Of a DNA stretch of 21,490 bases, positions 8,916 to 20,013 are shown piece by piece. The stretch's first letter is position 1. Each line of letters begins with the position of its first letter. Source of the DNA: Candidatus Latescibacterota bacterium (GTDB lineage: Bacteria; Latescibacterota; UBA2968; UBA8231); NCBI GenBank assembly GCA_965223905.1, contig CBDCXV010000007.1:1-21490 (forward strand), in the 5' to 3' direction. The translations under genes and the position numbers were made by a program. The notes below the pieces were generated by a model, which saw nothing but the letters and a program-made list of their open reading frames with translations, ran no database searches and had not been told where the DNA came from.

Positions 8916-10464
8916 CCCTAACGTTGCATAAATCTGTTTGAAGCGGTGGTTGTGATCAGGCGGCTTCCTTCAGGATTTCGAGGAAATGCAACAGATCTTT
9001 CTCGACTTTTGGATTGGAGTTCAGGGTCAGGGTCAACTCGCCCTTGGGCTGAGTGAGGCGCCCGGCGCGTTGAATGAAGCGATGACGCAGCGTGTCCAAG
9101 GTTTGGAAGGTCCACGCCGCCGGCCGTTTGGCGCGCGAATAGTTCGATCGCGGCTGCGCCAGCATCTGCATTTCGCGTCCCAGATTGTGGGCCATCATCG
9201 CACACAAAGTAACCATCTGGTTGCCGAGCAACCGTCGGGTGGGGATCAGATCCAGCCCGGCCTGTTGCTTGGCCTCGGCGAAGATCCCTTCCTGGGCGCC
9301 GCGGCCATAGTGGAAGAGGAGCACGCTGCGTGGCGAGTTCATCTTGTTGGTAACCACAACGCGGTACTCGTGATCGATGTGCCGGGGTTCGAACAGATCC
9401 AGTTGCAGCGCTTGCTTGGTCTGACGCGGCACCGCACGGCGCACAAACAGAAACCGGTAGCAGGCCGGCCAGCTTTCCGGTTTCCAGTCACTCTCGAAAT
9501 AGGAGCAGTGCTCATCGAGGTAGCGCCAGCGCTGGCGCGCTTCGATCTGGTCCTTGAGTACGGGAAAGCGTTCGAAAGGGACACTGATCGTGCATCCGAC
9601 GCCATACAGGTCCATGAGAGTGAGCGTGTTTTGGCTGAAGAAGGCGCTGTCCAGTCGCGACTCGAGCACGGTGGGCGCCAAGGCGTCGCGCACGCGATCG
9701 AAGGCGTCCATCATGAACGCATGGGCGTCCTTGCTGTCATGGACGTTGCCGGGCCGGTGAAGGACATCCAGAAACTGTCCGGTTTGCGCCACCGTGCAGA
9801 ACAGGTTGTAGTAGCTGCGCGCCCCCTTCTTTTTCGGATTATAGCCAACGGCGGTCCCTTCGGCATGACCACAGGTGGAGATCACCGAGCCGTCGAAGTC
9901 GAGAGTCAGACGGGGGAAGCGCTCACGCTGGAGCGCTTGCATGACCAGGGTCGAAGACAGGTGTCGCACTTTTGCGATACTTGAATGGCCCATTTTTGCC
10001 AGCGCGCGACTGAGGGTGGCCACATCCGGCAGGCGACGTAAGCCCAACAAACGCAGGACCACCGGATCGTCCCGGTAATAGTCCACGTCCCGCAGCCGCC
10101 GGAAGCCCAGCAACAGATGCACGATGAGCAACAACACAATGACATGGGGAGCAAAGGTCGCTGCGCTTTTGGCGGGGAAGCAGGACTTCAGTCGAGTCTT
10201 TAGATCCAAGCGCCGAAAGAGCAGTTGAAAAACGATCACTCCCGCAAAGGAAGTAAGCCGTTGATCTTCGAAGCGAAGACGCGGGAGCTTGTGAAAACGG
10301 GCCAAAATGTCTTGTTTTCTGAACCTCACTTGCGGTGTCCTCCTGGAAGGGGTCGATACAGGTCATGGGTGACCGTATCAAATACCCCCTTTTTCAGAGG
10401 GCGCCGCAAGTGACAAGGTGCACTCCGGAGAAGAAAAAAGCCCTGTTTTTATGCAACCAGAGAG
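8916..10464 (-). mobile_element. IS1380-family insertion sequence, 1549 bp, with 4-bp TATA target-site duplication
   Basis: The ends read CCCTAACGTTGCATAAA (from 8916) and CTCTCTGGTTGCATAAA (reverse complement from 10464). TATA flanks both ends (8912-8915, 10465-10468). Removing the element restores GELEYTVSPELPEGL in frame. Confidence 0.93.
8956..10329 (-). CDS. IS1380-family DDE transposase (intact ORF)
   Basis: LTSFAG, TLDFDGSV...EGTAVGYN, RPGNVHDS, SRLDSAF and YGRGAQEGIFAEAK motifs; GTG start with AGGAGG RBS. Confidence 0.93.
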   Translation of the reverse strand: MRFRKQDILARFHKLPRLRFEDQRLTSFAGVIVFQLLFRRLDLKTRLKSCFPAKSAATFAPHVIVLLLIVHLLLGFRRLRDVDYYRDDPVVLRLLGLRRLPDVATLSRALAKMGHSSIAKVRHLSSTLVMQALQRERFPRLTLDFDGSVISTCGHAEGTAVGYNPKKKGARSYYNLFCTVAQTGQFLDVLHRPGNVHDSKDAHAFMMDAFDRVRDALAPTVLESRLDSAFFSQNTLTLMDLYGVGCTISVPFERFPVLKDQIEARQRWRYLDEHCSYFESDWKPESWPACYRFLFVRRAVPRQTKQALQLDLFEPRHIDHEYRVVVTNKMNSPRSVLLFHYGRGAQEGIFAEAKQQAGLDLIPTRRLLGNQMVTLCAMMAHNLGREMQMLAQPRSNYSRAKRPAAWTFQTLDTLRHRFIQRAGRLTQPKGELTLTLNSNPKVEKDLLHFLEILKEAA

Positions 10465-10875
10465 TATATTCCAACTCGCCGTCCCCTCCCGAAGCCTCGG
10501 GCAGCGGCACCGGCTCGATCGCCGGGTCTGCGATCCAGACCTGGTCGGGAATGTCCCCGTCCCCGAATGACGGACTCAAGCCAGCTTGAGCCCAGGAGGA
10601 AGCGGTACCGAGCAGGCCATCAAGGAGACGATGGCCGCGCATCCGCCACGGACGCGAAGCGGTGTCACGCGATTTGTTCTAGTGAAATCATCAGAAAACG
10701 GCCCCCTTGTGGCAGGCCGGGGGGAAGGATCCTGCCACAGTCCTGAAAGTCAGGTTGAGGGGCATGCGCCCTGCACTGCCTGGCTCCCCCGCGAACTTCT
10801 GCAAACCCTGAGTTGCCTTCGGTTTAGGAGCCGGACCCGCCATGATATGATCTGGGCTAAACGCCGGCCCCGGAG

Positions 10876-11573
10876 TCAGAACCTCCAGCTTACCTGCCAT
10901 CCCGTAGGATTGATCCGAGCCTGCAGAGCCGGATCGCTACCGGCGAGCCCGACCGCCAAGCCGGCTGCAGTGCCGATGCATGCGCCTGCGACTGCGTCGG
11001 AAAAGTGGTGTTTTTTTCCGCCGATCCGCGCCGCCGGCACCAACGCCGCCAAGGCGTACGCCGGCAATCCGATGCGCGGGCCGTGGCCGCGGGCGAGCAC
11101 CGTGGAGAGGGCAAAGGCCGTGGCTGTGTGACCGGACGGAAACGAAAGCCTGCCGCTGCCGTCGGGACGGCTCCGGCGGATGGCAAGCTTCAGGGGGCCG
11201 ACGACGAGGGCGGCCGCGGCGATGCTGCGCAACCCCTCTTCAGACTGGGTTTTCAATCCGCCCCAACCCCGCCACTTGGCAAGGGTCCACAGTACAGCGC
11301 CGGCGGCGATGGTTTTCCCGGTGGAGCCGTATAAATCGGCCAGATCGAGCGCTGCCGAGGCGAAGCCATCTCCGGGCAGTTCCCATGCCAGCTTGTGGTC
11401 GAGGCGAGTAACGAGGCCGCCGGCCGCTACGCCGGCGAAGATCAGATGGAGTTGAGGGGGGGGGCAAGCAGCCGCCGAGCGTCCGCTTTCAGGCTGTCGA
11501 GGGGGGCAGCCTCCGCAGCGACGCAAAGGCAGCCCAGGACGGCGAGGGGCGCGACCTTGGCCGATCGTATCAA
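10876..11573 (-). CDS. PAP2-family phosphatase; true N-terminus (signal peptide) is out of frame at a C9 tract
   Basis: PAP2 motifs K....R.RP, SFPSGH and R.....H..SD. The upstream frame from TTG 11573 gives MIRSAKVAPLAVLGCLCVAAEA and joins the domain if one C is added at 11456-11464. Confidence 0.8.
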
Positions 11574-12295
11574 CTATCGCCGACCACCGGAACGGTTTTG
11601 CGCACGCCGTTCTCGTAAACGACCTCGTAGTCGCCGTCGGGAACCTCCATGGTCCGGATTGCGAGCTCTCCCGGGGTAATCATCGGCTCGGATTTCAGCA
11701 GCAGCTCGTCGAGGGACTGCCGGGGTGTCCTGTCCGTGGTATCGAGGTCGATCCTGCCCCTCCTGGCCAGCAGGGACTGGTCGCACTCCTCTTTGAAGCG
11801 GCGTTTCAAGGCGCCGATGTCCGCCTCCCTGATGATCTCGTACTCATGGGGATCGGAGGCCATGCGCTCCCGTATGGCGTCGTCGCTGGCGGTCACGTGG
11901 ACCAGAACGATGTCCGGGACGCGGGCTTCGTGGACCAGGGCCTCGTGGGTGCGCTTGTTGGCGTGCCAGAAATTGGGATAATAGGGACTGCCGGGGTCGT
12001 TGCCGTAAAACTCCGAGTAGATGCTCTCCTCGATGTGCCAGCCGCTGATCAGCACGTGCGCGTAGTTGCGGATCACCTCGACGTGGTACTGGATCTGCAT
12101 CCGCTGCATGCGCTCCTTGACGTCGTCGGGAAAATTCACCATCTGCTCGCGGGATGCAGGACTGAGAGTCGAATCGGGAATGGTGAAGTGATCGTCCATG
12201 TGGACGGGCTGCCGGCGCTTCGCATAGTAATCCTTGAGCAGATTGATGAGCGTCGATTTGCCCGCGTACTCGATGCCGACGAAAATGCAGCGCAT
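11570..12295 (-). CDS. P-loop nucleoside/nucleotide monophosphate kinase-like protein
   Basis: N-terminal IFVGIEYAGKSTL (thymidylate-kinase-like Walker A), LVHVTAS...IRERM lid region and LDTT near the C-terminus. Confidence 0.7.
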   Translation of the reverse strand: MRCIFVGIEYAGKSTLINLLKDYYAKRRQPVHMDDHFTIPDSTLSPASREQMVNFPDDVKERMQRMQIQYHVEVIRNYAHVLISGWHIEESIYSEFYGNDPGSPYYPNFWHANKRTHEALVHEARVPDIVLVHVTASDDAIRERMASDPHEYEIIREADIGALKRRFKEECDQSLLARRGRIDLDTTDRTPRQSLDELLLKSEPMITPGELAIRTMEVPDGDYEVVYENGVRKTVPVVGDS

Positions 12296-12441
12296 GGTTG
12301 TCAGTGCTCCTTGTTTGATTGCGGAAAATGCCCGGCCAACGGCTGCCCTCGGCCGCGCTCTTCCAGGCCGCCGGGCGCAAAGTACCCCACCGCACCCAGT
12401 GGATCAACGCTGTGTTTCCCACCTTGCCGAGCAGTTTCCCC

Positions 12442-13455
12442 ATGGGTAGCGCTTCCCCCCCGGTCGGCGTTCTCCTCGCCCAGCTGGGCACTCCGGCCGC
12501 GCCGAGCGCAACCGCCTTGAGGCCGTACCTGAAGCAGTTCCTGTCCGACCCTCGCGTCATCGACCTGCCGCGGTGGAAGTGGCTGCCGGTCCTGTACCTC
12601 CTCGTCCTCCCGCGGCGGCCGGCGCGGTCCGCGGCGCTCTATAAAAACGTCTGGACCGACCGGGGCTCTCCGCTTCTGCTTCATTCCCGCGCCCAGGAGA
12701 AAGGACTGCAGCAGCGTCTCGGGGAGCGCTACCGGGTCGTTCTGGGGATGCGCTACGGGGAACCGAGCATCGAGCGCGCCTTGAGGCAGATGGAAGCGGA
12801 GGAGATCGATCGCATCGTGGTATTGCCGATGTTCCCCCAGTTCTCGGCATCGACCACCGGATCGGTCTACGACGCCGTCACGAGATCTGCTTTCGGACGT
12901 AGCGGAGCGTTTCTGTTCGACCGCAGGCGCACCATGCCGGCGCTGCGCTTCGTTCCTCCCTACTTCGACGACTGCGGCTACATCGACAGTCTCAAGGCGG
13001 TCGTCGAAGATTCCCTCGCCTCCATGCAGGAACCGCCGGAACGCTTCCTCATCACCTTTCACGGTATTCCCAAACGCTACGTCGACGAAGGCGATCCCTA
13101 TCGCCGCCAGTGCGAGGCGACCGCGGGCCTGCTCGCCGAGGCCCTCGGCCTGAGCCGAAAACGCTGGCACCTCGGGTTCCAGTCCCGTTTCGGCAGGGAG
13201 GAGTGGCTTCAGCCCTACACCGAGGATGTGCTGGCGCAGCTAGGGCGCCAGGGCGGCGGACGCCTGGGGGTCGTGGCCCCGGGATTCACCGCCGACTGCC
13301 TGGAGACCCTGGACGAGCTCGGCCGCGAGGGGGAGGAGATCTTCCGCGCTGCCGGCGGCGGCCACCTGCACCTCGTGCCCTGTCTCAACAGTCATCCCCG
13401 CTGGCTCGACGCCATGGCTTCCCTGGTGCGCAGGGAAAGCAGCGGCTGGATCTGA
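12442..13455 (+). CDS. hemH: Ferrochelatase
   Basis: GVLLAQLGTP, FLSDPRVID, GSPL, GMRYGEPSI, LPMFPQFS, FHGIP...GDPY, FQSRFG..EWLQPYT and DCLETLDE. The start is uncertain (12442 preferred over 12319). Confidence 0.95.
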   Translation: MGSASPPVGVLLAQLGTPAAPSATALRPYLKQFLSDPRVIDLPRWKWLPVLYLLVLPRRPARSAALYKNVWTDRGSPLLLHSRAQEKGLQQRLGERYRVVLGMRYGEPSIERALRQMEAEEIDRIVVLPMFPQFSASTTGSVYDAVTRSAFGRSGAFLFDRRRTMPALRFVPPYFDDCGYIDSLKAVVEDSLASMQEPPERFLITFHGIPKRYVDEGDPYRRQCEATAGLLAEALGLSRKRWHLGFQSRFGREEWLQPYTEDVLAQLGRQGGGRLGVVAPGFTADCLETLDELGREGEEIFRAAGGGHLHLVPCLNSHPRWLDAMASLVRRESSGWI

Positions 13456-13699
13456 AGCGGCGGGAATTGCAGCGCCGGCTCGGAGAGCCCTGTCGACCCC
13501 TCGGAGGCGTTTCCTTGCATGGCGCGCTCGCGTACATAAGGCACCGGATCTTGGTCGGCACCTGTTTCACAGCCAACCTCGAGGGCCTGGGGCCTGACCG
13601 GAGCACGAGGCCCGTTGGGGCCTGCTCCCTGGCGAGGGGGAACAGCCCCGCACCGCCCTGCGGTAAATCAGCGTTCAAGTTGCATGGTGGAGCTGCGAT

Positions 13700-14356
13700 T
13701 CACTCCACAGGACGCACCAGATCATCAGCCCTGTGCCGCAGCCATTCCTGCAGATCCCGCAGACATTCCGCATTTATCTCGTGGCCCATGGCGTACTCGT
13801 TGAAGATGATCCGCAGAGGCAGGCCGGCCAGCATGTCGCGAGATTCCCTGCCCCTGGCGATCGGGATCAGGGGATCGAACCGGCCGTGGGACATGAAGAC
13901 AGGCATGTCGTTCAATGAGTTCGAGGCGGCCCCTTCGGGCACCATCTCCGGGAGGCACAGGCCGCTCAGGAAGGCGATTCCGGCAATGGTCTCGGGGATC
14001 CGGAAGCCGCTGTAGAGCGCCATCCCGGCTCCCTGGCTGAAACCCAGCAACAGCGTGCGCCCGGAGGCGTCGTACTGTTGCTGAAGTCCGGCGAGCAGCT
14101 CGCACATTTCGCCGCGTGCCGCCTCCGCCTCTTGGAACGAGACCTCCAGGCCACCCTCGGTCATCGCCAGGGGGAACCAGGCAAAGCCACCCTCGGCGAG
14201 CCGCATGGGAGCGCGGGCGCTGACGACGTGGAAGCGGGGGTCCAGGGCCGGCGCCAGACCCATCAAGTCCTCCTCGTCGCTGCCATATCCGTGCAGAAGC
14301 ACCAGTAGGGGAGCACCTTGCGCCGGTGGTTCTCCTTCGACGTAATGGAGGGGCAT
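13700..14356 (-). CDS. Phospholipase/carboxylesterase (alpha/beta hydrolase)
   Basis: LLHGYGSDE, nucleophile GFSQG, HG..DP.IP and GHEI. Confidence 0.9.
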   Translation of the reverse strand: MPLHYVEGEPPAQGAPLLVLLHGYGSDEEDLMGLAPALDPRFHVVSARAPMRLAEGGFAWFPLAMTEGGLEVSFQEAEAARGEMCELLAGLQQQYDASGRTLLLGFSQGAGMALYSGFRIPETIAGIAFLSGLCLPEMVPEGAASNSLNDMPVFMSHGRFDPLIPIARGRESRDMLAGLPLRIIFNEYAMGHEINAECLRDLQEWLRHRADDLVRPVE

Positions 14357-14364
14357 GACGCGGG

Positions 14365-16509
14365 TCAGACCACCTCGACCCGGAAGCGCCCCTCCTGTGT
14401 CAGGGCAATCACGATATCCTCCTCTTCGGCGACTATCCGCTGCACGAACGGGTTGGGGTACATCTTCTCGTTTCGCCAGACGGTGATCCCGTTGACCAGA
14501 ATGGTGGGCATCTTCCTGCCGCCGCGATGAAGGACGAGGCGGGCCTCGATACTGGCGGGCAGCTCCGTCTCGAGCGCGAGGTCTTCCTCTTCTCTTTTCC
14601 AGGCGACGGCGATGGCCCCGGCCGGGGTAGGTACCGAACCGGAGGCACGGGTGGCGACGCTGCGGGGAGGCCGGATGCGGGCAACGGCGAACCCGGGTTC
14701 GACCGGCTGCACCCCAAGCAGGTGGGCGCCGACCATGTACTCCGGCCCGGGTTCGTACGGCGCCGAGGGCCGCGGCGCCCGGTCAGCCCAGGTCTCCCCC
14801 GGTGTCGCCGCCATGCGCCCCCAGTACATCTCCGCGTAATCCAGGGCAGCCTGTTCTGCCCCCGCGCGCCACAACCCTTCGCAGAGAAACCAGGCCTGCG
14901 TCAGTCCGGCAACCGGCGACAGCGACCCATCGCCGACTGCGGTCGCGACGCGCTCCTTCTGATCCGCCTTCGCCAGTGAGCCGTACAAGGCAAGGGCGTT
15001 GGTCCACTGGCCAAACCGTCCCGCTTCTGCGGCCGTCTCCGGGAACATCCCCTCCTGCTCGCGCCAGCGCGACTGAACCAGTTCCCGCCAGCGCCTCGCT
15101 TCCGCCTTGCAGACCGCCGCCGCCCGGGAATTGCCCAGGCGCCGGCATACGCGCCCTGCGGCTGCGGCGCTGGCCGCGGCGAGGGCCGCCTCCGCGGTCG
15201 GCAGCTCACCGAAGGAAAGGGACGGTGTCGCACCTGCAGGTGGAAGCAGATCGGACAGCCGGGCAGACACGGTCTCGCCGTCACCGCTGAACAAGTGATA
15301 CGCCTCGACAAAAATCGGAAATCCCGTCCAATCTGAATGCAGGTCCCCGTTGTCTTGGCGGCCGGCAGCGGTTCTCAGCACCGTTCGCGCAGTAGCGGTG
15401 TTGCCTGTGAGGTAGAAATCGGTGGCGAAGGCGGTCAGCATCGCCAACCAGTCGTACGGCCGGGGCGGGAGCCGCAGGCAGTAAACTTCCTGCCGCACCG
15501 ATTCGAGTGTTCGCCGTCCGACCAGGTGCGGAGCCGCCATCCCGTCCTGTTCCATGGCCGCAGTCGCCCCCGGACCGGGGTCGCGACGGGTGACCACGGA
15601 CACCTTTTCGAGGTGGCAGTTCTCCGCAAACCGGCTGAGACGTACGGTCAGGTAGCGGCCCGCCTGTTCCTGCAAGGCGCGCCAGCCCTGCCTGCCTGCC
15701 CGGACGACGTAGCGAACCTGGGCGTGCGTGCGTCCGGGGACGTACCCGAAGTAAAGGTCGACGATGCCGCCGCTCGCCTCCGCCTCCAGGCGCACCTCCG
15801 GACATCCGGTGAGGATGCGCCCGAAATCGAGCTGGATGACGACCGCTTTGTACGGGGCGGTCCTGATGATGGTGCGGGCGACGCCGCCGAAGAGAAGGCC
15901 CTGTGGGTGGACGCACTTGCAGTCCGCCAGCGGCTGCAGTCGCTCCGGCTCCGGAGAGTCGCCGCTCCACTCACCCGCCGCAGCTACGGCCACGGCCTCC
16001 TGCGGTTCTTCCACGATACCGCCAGGTTCCCAGACGTCGGCCGCAATGGCCGCGGTTACCTCGACCGCGGGCTCCCAGCCGTCCCCGGCATCGTCGGCGT
16101 CGCCCTCTTCGGGATCCTCCCTGGCATCGTGGAAGTCGTCGACCCCCAGTTGCTTCAGGGGGAGGGAGATGGCCCGGACGCTCCAGGTGCCGTCCCCTGC
16201 CGTGGGGGAAACCGCGGCAGCGGAACAGGCGAACCACGGCGCCTCTACCGCGGGCAGGTTGGCCGCGCGCACGGTGAGGGTGTGGCGACCCGGACGCCTC
16301 AGCTGCAGGGGTATGCGGTGTATCAGGGGGCGCTCGGTCAGCGCTCCCCCCCGGCGGCATGCGATCAGCTCCCCGTCGATGCTCAGCTCGAAGGGGCCGG
16401 TGCTGGCGCAGTTCAGAGCGACTCTTTCGGCAGAGGAGGTCGTGATCGACGTCCGCAGGTACAGCCCGCCGGAGTTGCCGCTGTCCCAGATGGGACGGCC
16501 TTCCATCAT
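14365..16509 (-). CDS. Alpha-L-rhamnosidase (GH78)-like multidomain protein, divergent
   Basis: FELSIDGE N-domain, LDFGRILTG, RYL, QWTNALA helical barrel, and C-terminal LGVQPVEPGF...IRP....ASGSVPTPAGAIAVAW typical of the GH78 C-domain. The start is uncertain (16509 or 16542). Confidence 0.7.
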   Translation of the reverse strand: MMEGRPIWDSGNSGGLYLRTSITTSSAERVALNCASTGPFELSIDGELIACRRGGALTERPLIHRIPLQLRRPGRHTLTVRAANLPAVEAPWFACSAAAVSPTAGDGTWSVRAISLPLKQLGVDDFHDAREDPEEGDADDAGDGWEPAVEVTAAIAADVWEPGGIVEEPQEAVAVAAAGEWSGDSPEPERLQPLADCKCVHPQGLLFGGVARTIIRTAPYKAVVIQLDFGRILTGCPEVRLEAEASGGIVDLYFGYVPGRTHAQVRYVVRAGRQGWRALQEQAGRYLTVRLSRFAENCHLEKVSVVTRRDPGPGATAAMEQDGMAAPHLVGRRTLESVRQEVYCLRLPPRPYDWLAMLTAFATDFYLTGNTATARTVLRTAAGRQDNGDLHSDWTGFPIFVEAYHLFSGDGETVSARLSDLLPPAGATPSLSFGELPTAEAALAAASAAAAGRVCRRLGNSRAAAVCKAEARRWRELVQSRWREQEGMFPETAAEAGRFGQWTNALALYGSLAKADQKERVATAVGDGSLSPVAGLTQAWFLCEGLWRAGAEQAALDYAEMYWGRMAATPGETWADRAPRPSAPYEPGPEYMVGAHLLGVQPVEPGFAVARIRPPRSVATRASGSVPTPAGAIAVAWKREEEDLALETELPASIEARLVLHRGGRKMPTILVNGITVWRNEKMYPNPFVQRIVAEEEDIVIALTQEGRFRVEVV

Positions 16510-16581
16510 CTTCCGCGAGGGGTTTGAAGTTGGCGGTCCCACCGCCTGGCGATGGGACGTGGAAGGAAGGTGGCGGGTCGA

Positions 16582-17991
16582 CTACGGAAGGCGCAAGGCT
16601 ACCAGGCGGTTTGTCTCTCCGCGGCGAACGCGGAAAAGGACCGCAGCCCCGGACTCGAGCTCCTCGACGATTTCGCGATACTCCTGCACCGATGCCACCG
16701 GCTGGCGATTGACCTCGACGACCAGGTCGCCTCGACCCAGTCCGCGACGGGCGGCCTCGCTCCCGGATCTTATCCCGGTGATCAGGACGCCCACTTCATC
16801 CTCGTCGTAGCCGAACCGCTGCGCCAGCTCCGGGGTGAGATCGCGGAGTCGAATCCCGAGGGAAGTAGTTTCAGCCTCCTCTCCACCGGACCGCCCCCTG
16901 GCGAGCGCCTCCTGCGTCACCTCTCCGAGTTTAACGGAAACCGTCTTGCGTCTGCCGTCCCGCAGCAGCTCGATCTCGACCTTGGTGCCGGGGGAAGTCG
17001 CGCCGATGCGGCTCTTCAGCTCGGTGATGTTGCGCACCGGGTCCCCATCGACTGCGACGATCACGTCATCCACCTGAAGACCTGCCTCTTCGGCGCCGCT
17101 GTCTTCCCTGACTCCGGCGACCAGTACCCCGCGGGTGCTCTCCATACCCATGGCTTCCGCCATCAACGCATCGATGTTGCGGATGTCTATCCCCAACAGC
17201 CCGCGCCTCACTTCTCCGTGTTCGATCAGCTGCGACAGCACGTCGCGGGCGAGGTCGACGGGAATGGCGAACCCGATTCCCTGATCCCCGCCGCTGCGGG
17301 TGACGATGGCGGTGTTTATGCCGACCAGCTCCCCCTTCAGGTTGACCAGGGGACCGCCGCTGTTCCCCGGGTTGATCGCCGCGGACGTTTGAATGAAGGA
17401 GCCGTATTCCTCACCGAAACGCGCCCGTCCCAGGGCGCTGATAATCCCCTGGGTCACGGTGTGCTCGAGGGCGAACGGGTTGCCGATCGCCAGCACCCAC
17501 TCCCCGACCTTGAGATCGGCGGAACTACCCCAGGATACCGAGGGAAGGTCCCTGGCGTCGATGCGCAGGGCGGCGAGGTCGCTGAGGGAATCGGTGCCGA
17601 TCACCTCGGCGGGAAAGTGGCGCTCGTCGGTCAGCTCGACGGTGATCTCGTCTGCGCCGCGGATCACGTGGTAGTTAGTCAGAATGAAATACTCCCCCTC
17701 GTGGCTGACGATCACGCCTGACCCCTGCCCCTGGCGCGGCATTTCCCGTGGTGGCCCCCGGAAGAAGAACTCGAAGGGGGTGCCGCGATAGTTGGGAACT
17801 TCACCACGTGACTTCGATTCGGTCGAGATCGCGACGACCCCCGGCTTCACCTGCGCGACGACCTCCGCGAAGCCATCGCTCCACTTTTGCAGCTCCGCCA
17901 GGTTTTGCCCGGCGCCGGCTGTCCCCGTGCAGCTGAAGACTGCAGCGACCAGGACGATCTTGAGGGCCCTCCCGTTTCCTGTCCCTTTCAT
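16582..17991 (-). CDS. degP: Do/DegP/HtrA periplasmic serine endoprotease with two PDZ domains
   Basis: Signal peptide, GSGVI, LTNYHV, DLA, IQTSAAINPGNSGGPL and two PDZ domains; ATG at 17991. Confidence 0.92.
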   Translation of the reverse strand: MKGTGNGRALKIVLVAAVFSCTGTAGAGQNLAELQKWSDGFAEVVAQVKPGVVAISTESKSRGEVPNYRGTPFEFFFRGPPREMPRQGQGSGVIVSHEGEYFILTNYHVIRGADEITVELTDERHFPAEVIGTDSLSDLAALRIDARDLPSVSWGSSADLKVGEWVLAIGNPFALEHTVTQGIISALGRARFGEEYGSFIQTSAAINPGNSGGPLVNLKGELVGINTAIVTRSGGDQGIGFAIPVDLARDVLSQLIEHGEVRRGLLGIDIRNIDALMAEAMGMESTRGVLVAGVREDSGAEEAGLQVDDVIVAVDGDPVRNITELKSRIGATSPGTKVEIELLRDGRRKTVSVKLGEVTQEALARGRSGGEEAETTSLGIRLRDLTPELAQRFGYDEDEVGVLITGIRSGSEAARRGLGRGDLVVEVNRQPVASVQEYREIVEELESGAAVLFRVRRGETNRLVALRLP

Positions 17992-18038
17992 TTCCACTTT
18001 CTCTCCATTCTGTTTCGTTGTTGTCTTTTCGAGCAATA

Positions 18039-18066
18039 CAAGACTAAAGCGAGCCCGATCGGTTCC
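18039..18066 (-). promoter_or_regulatory. Putative sigmaE/ECF promoter for degP
   Basis: Minus strand GGAACCG-N16-TCTTG, the same layout as the sigmaE consensus GGAACTT-N16-TCNRA, ~50 bp upstream of the degP start. Confidence 0.55.
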
Positions 18067-18077
18067 CAAAGAAACGG

Positions 18078-20013
<1,936 letters not shown>

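Larger units (their letters stand above)
5530..10668 (-). pseudogene. Large surface protein: signal peptide, ~7 putative Ig (He_PIG-like) repeats, an Ig/cadherin-like domain and an autotransporter beta-barrel; interrupted by IS1380, frameshifts and internal deletions
   Basis: Repeated ~90-aa unit PxF...V.DQTW..DS.I..L.LP.A.GGNG.L.Y.L.PELP.GL.F....RTI.GTPT.......Y.A.D.DGD...L.F spread over several frames from 7280 to 10590. The 5628-7298 ORF has SSDSEVASV/VTVTATN, then barrel-type strands (WSLWGAGD, YLGLDG, TSVYPY, GVEVAAG). Confidence 0.85.

Noticed and set aside
10691-10875. Possible riboswitch upstream of the adhesin (TGTGGCAGG/CCTGCCACA hairpin at ~10708-10739)
   Set aside because: A single hairpin is visible, but I could not match c-di-GMP or other riboswitch consensus elements.
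13456-13699. Small ORF or ncRNA between convergent hemH and the esterase
   Set aside because: There is no RBS-supported ORF, recognisable motif or convincing structure.
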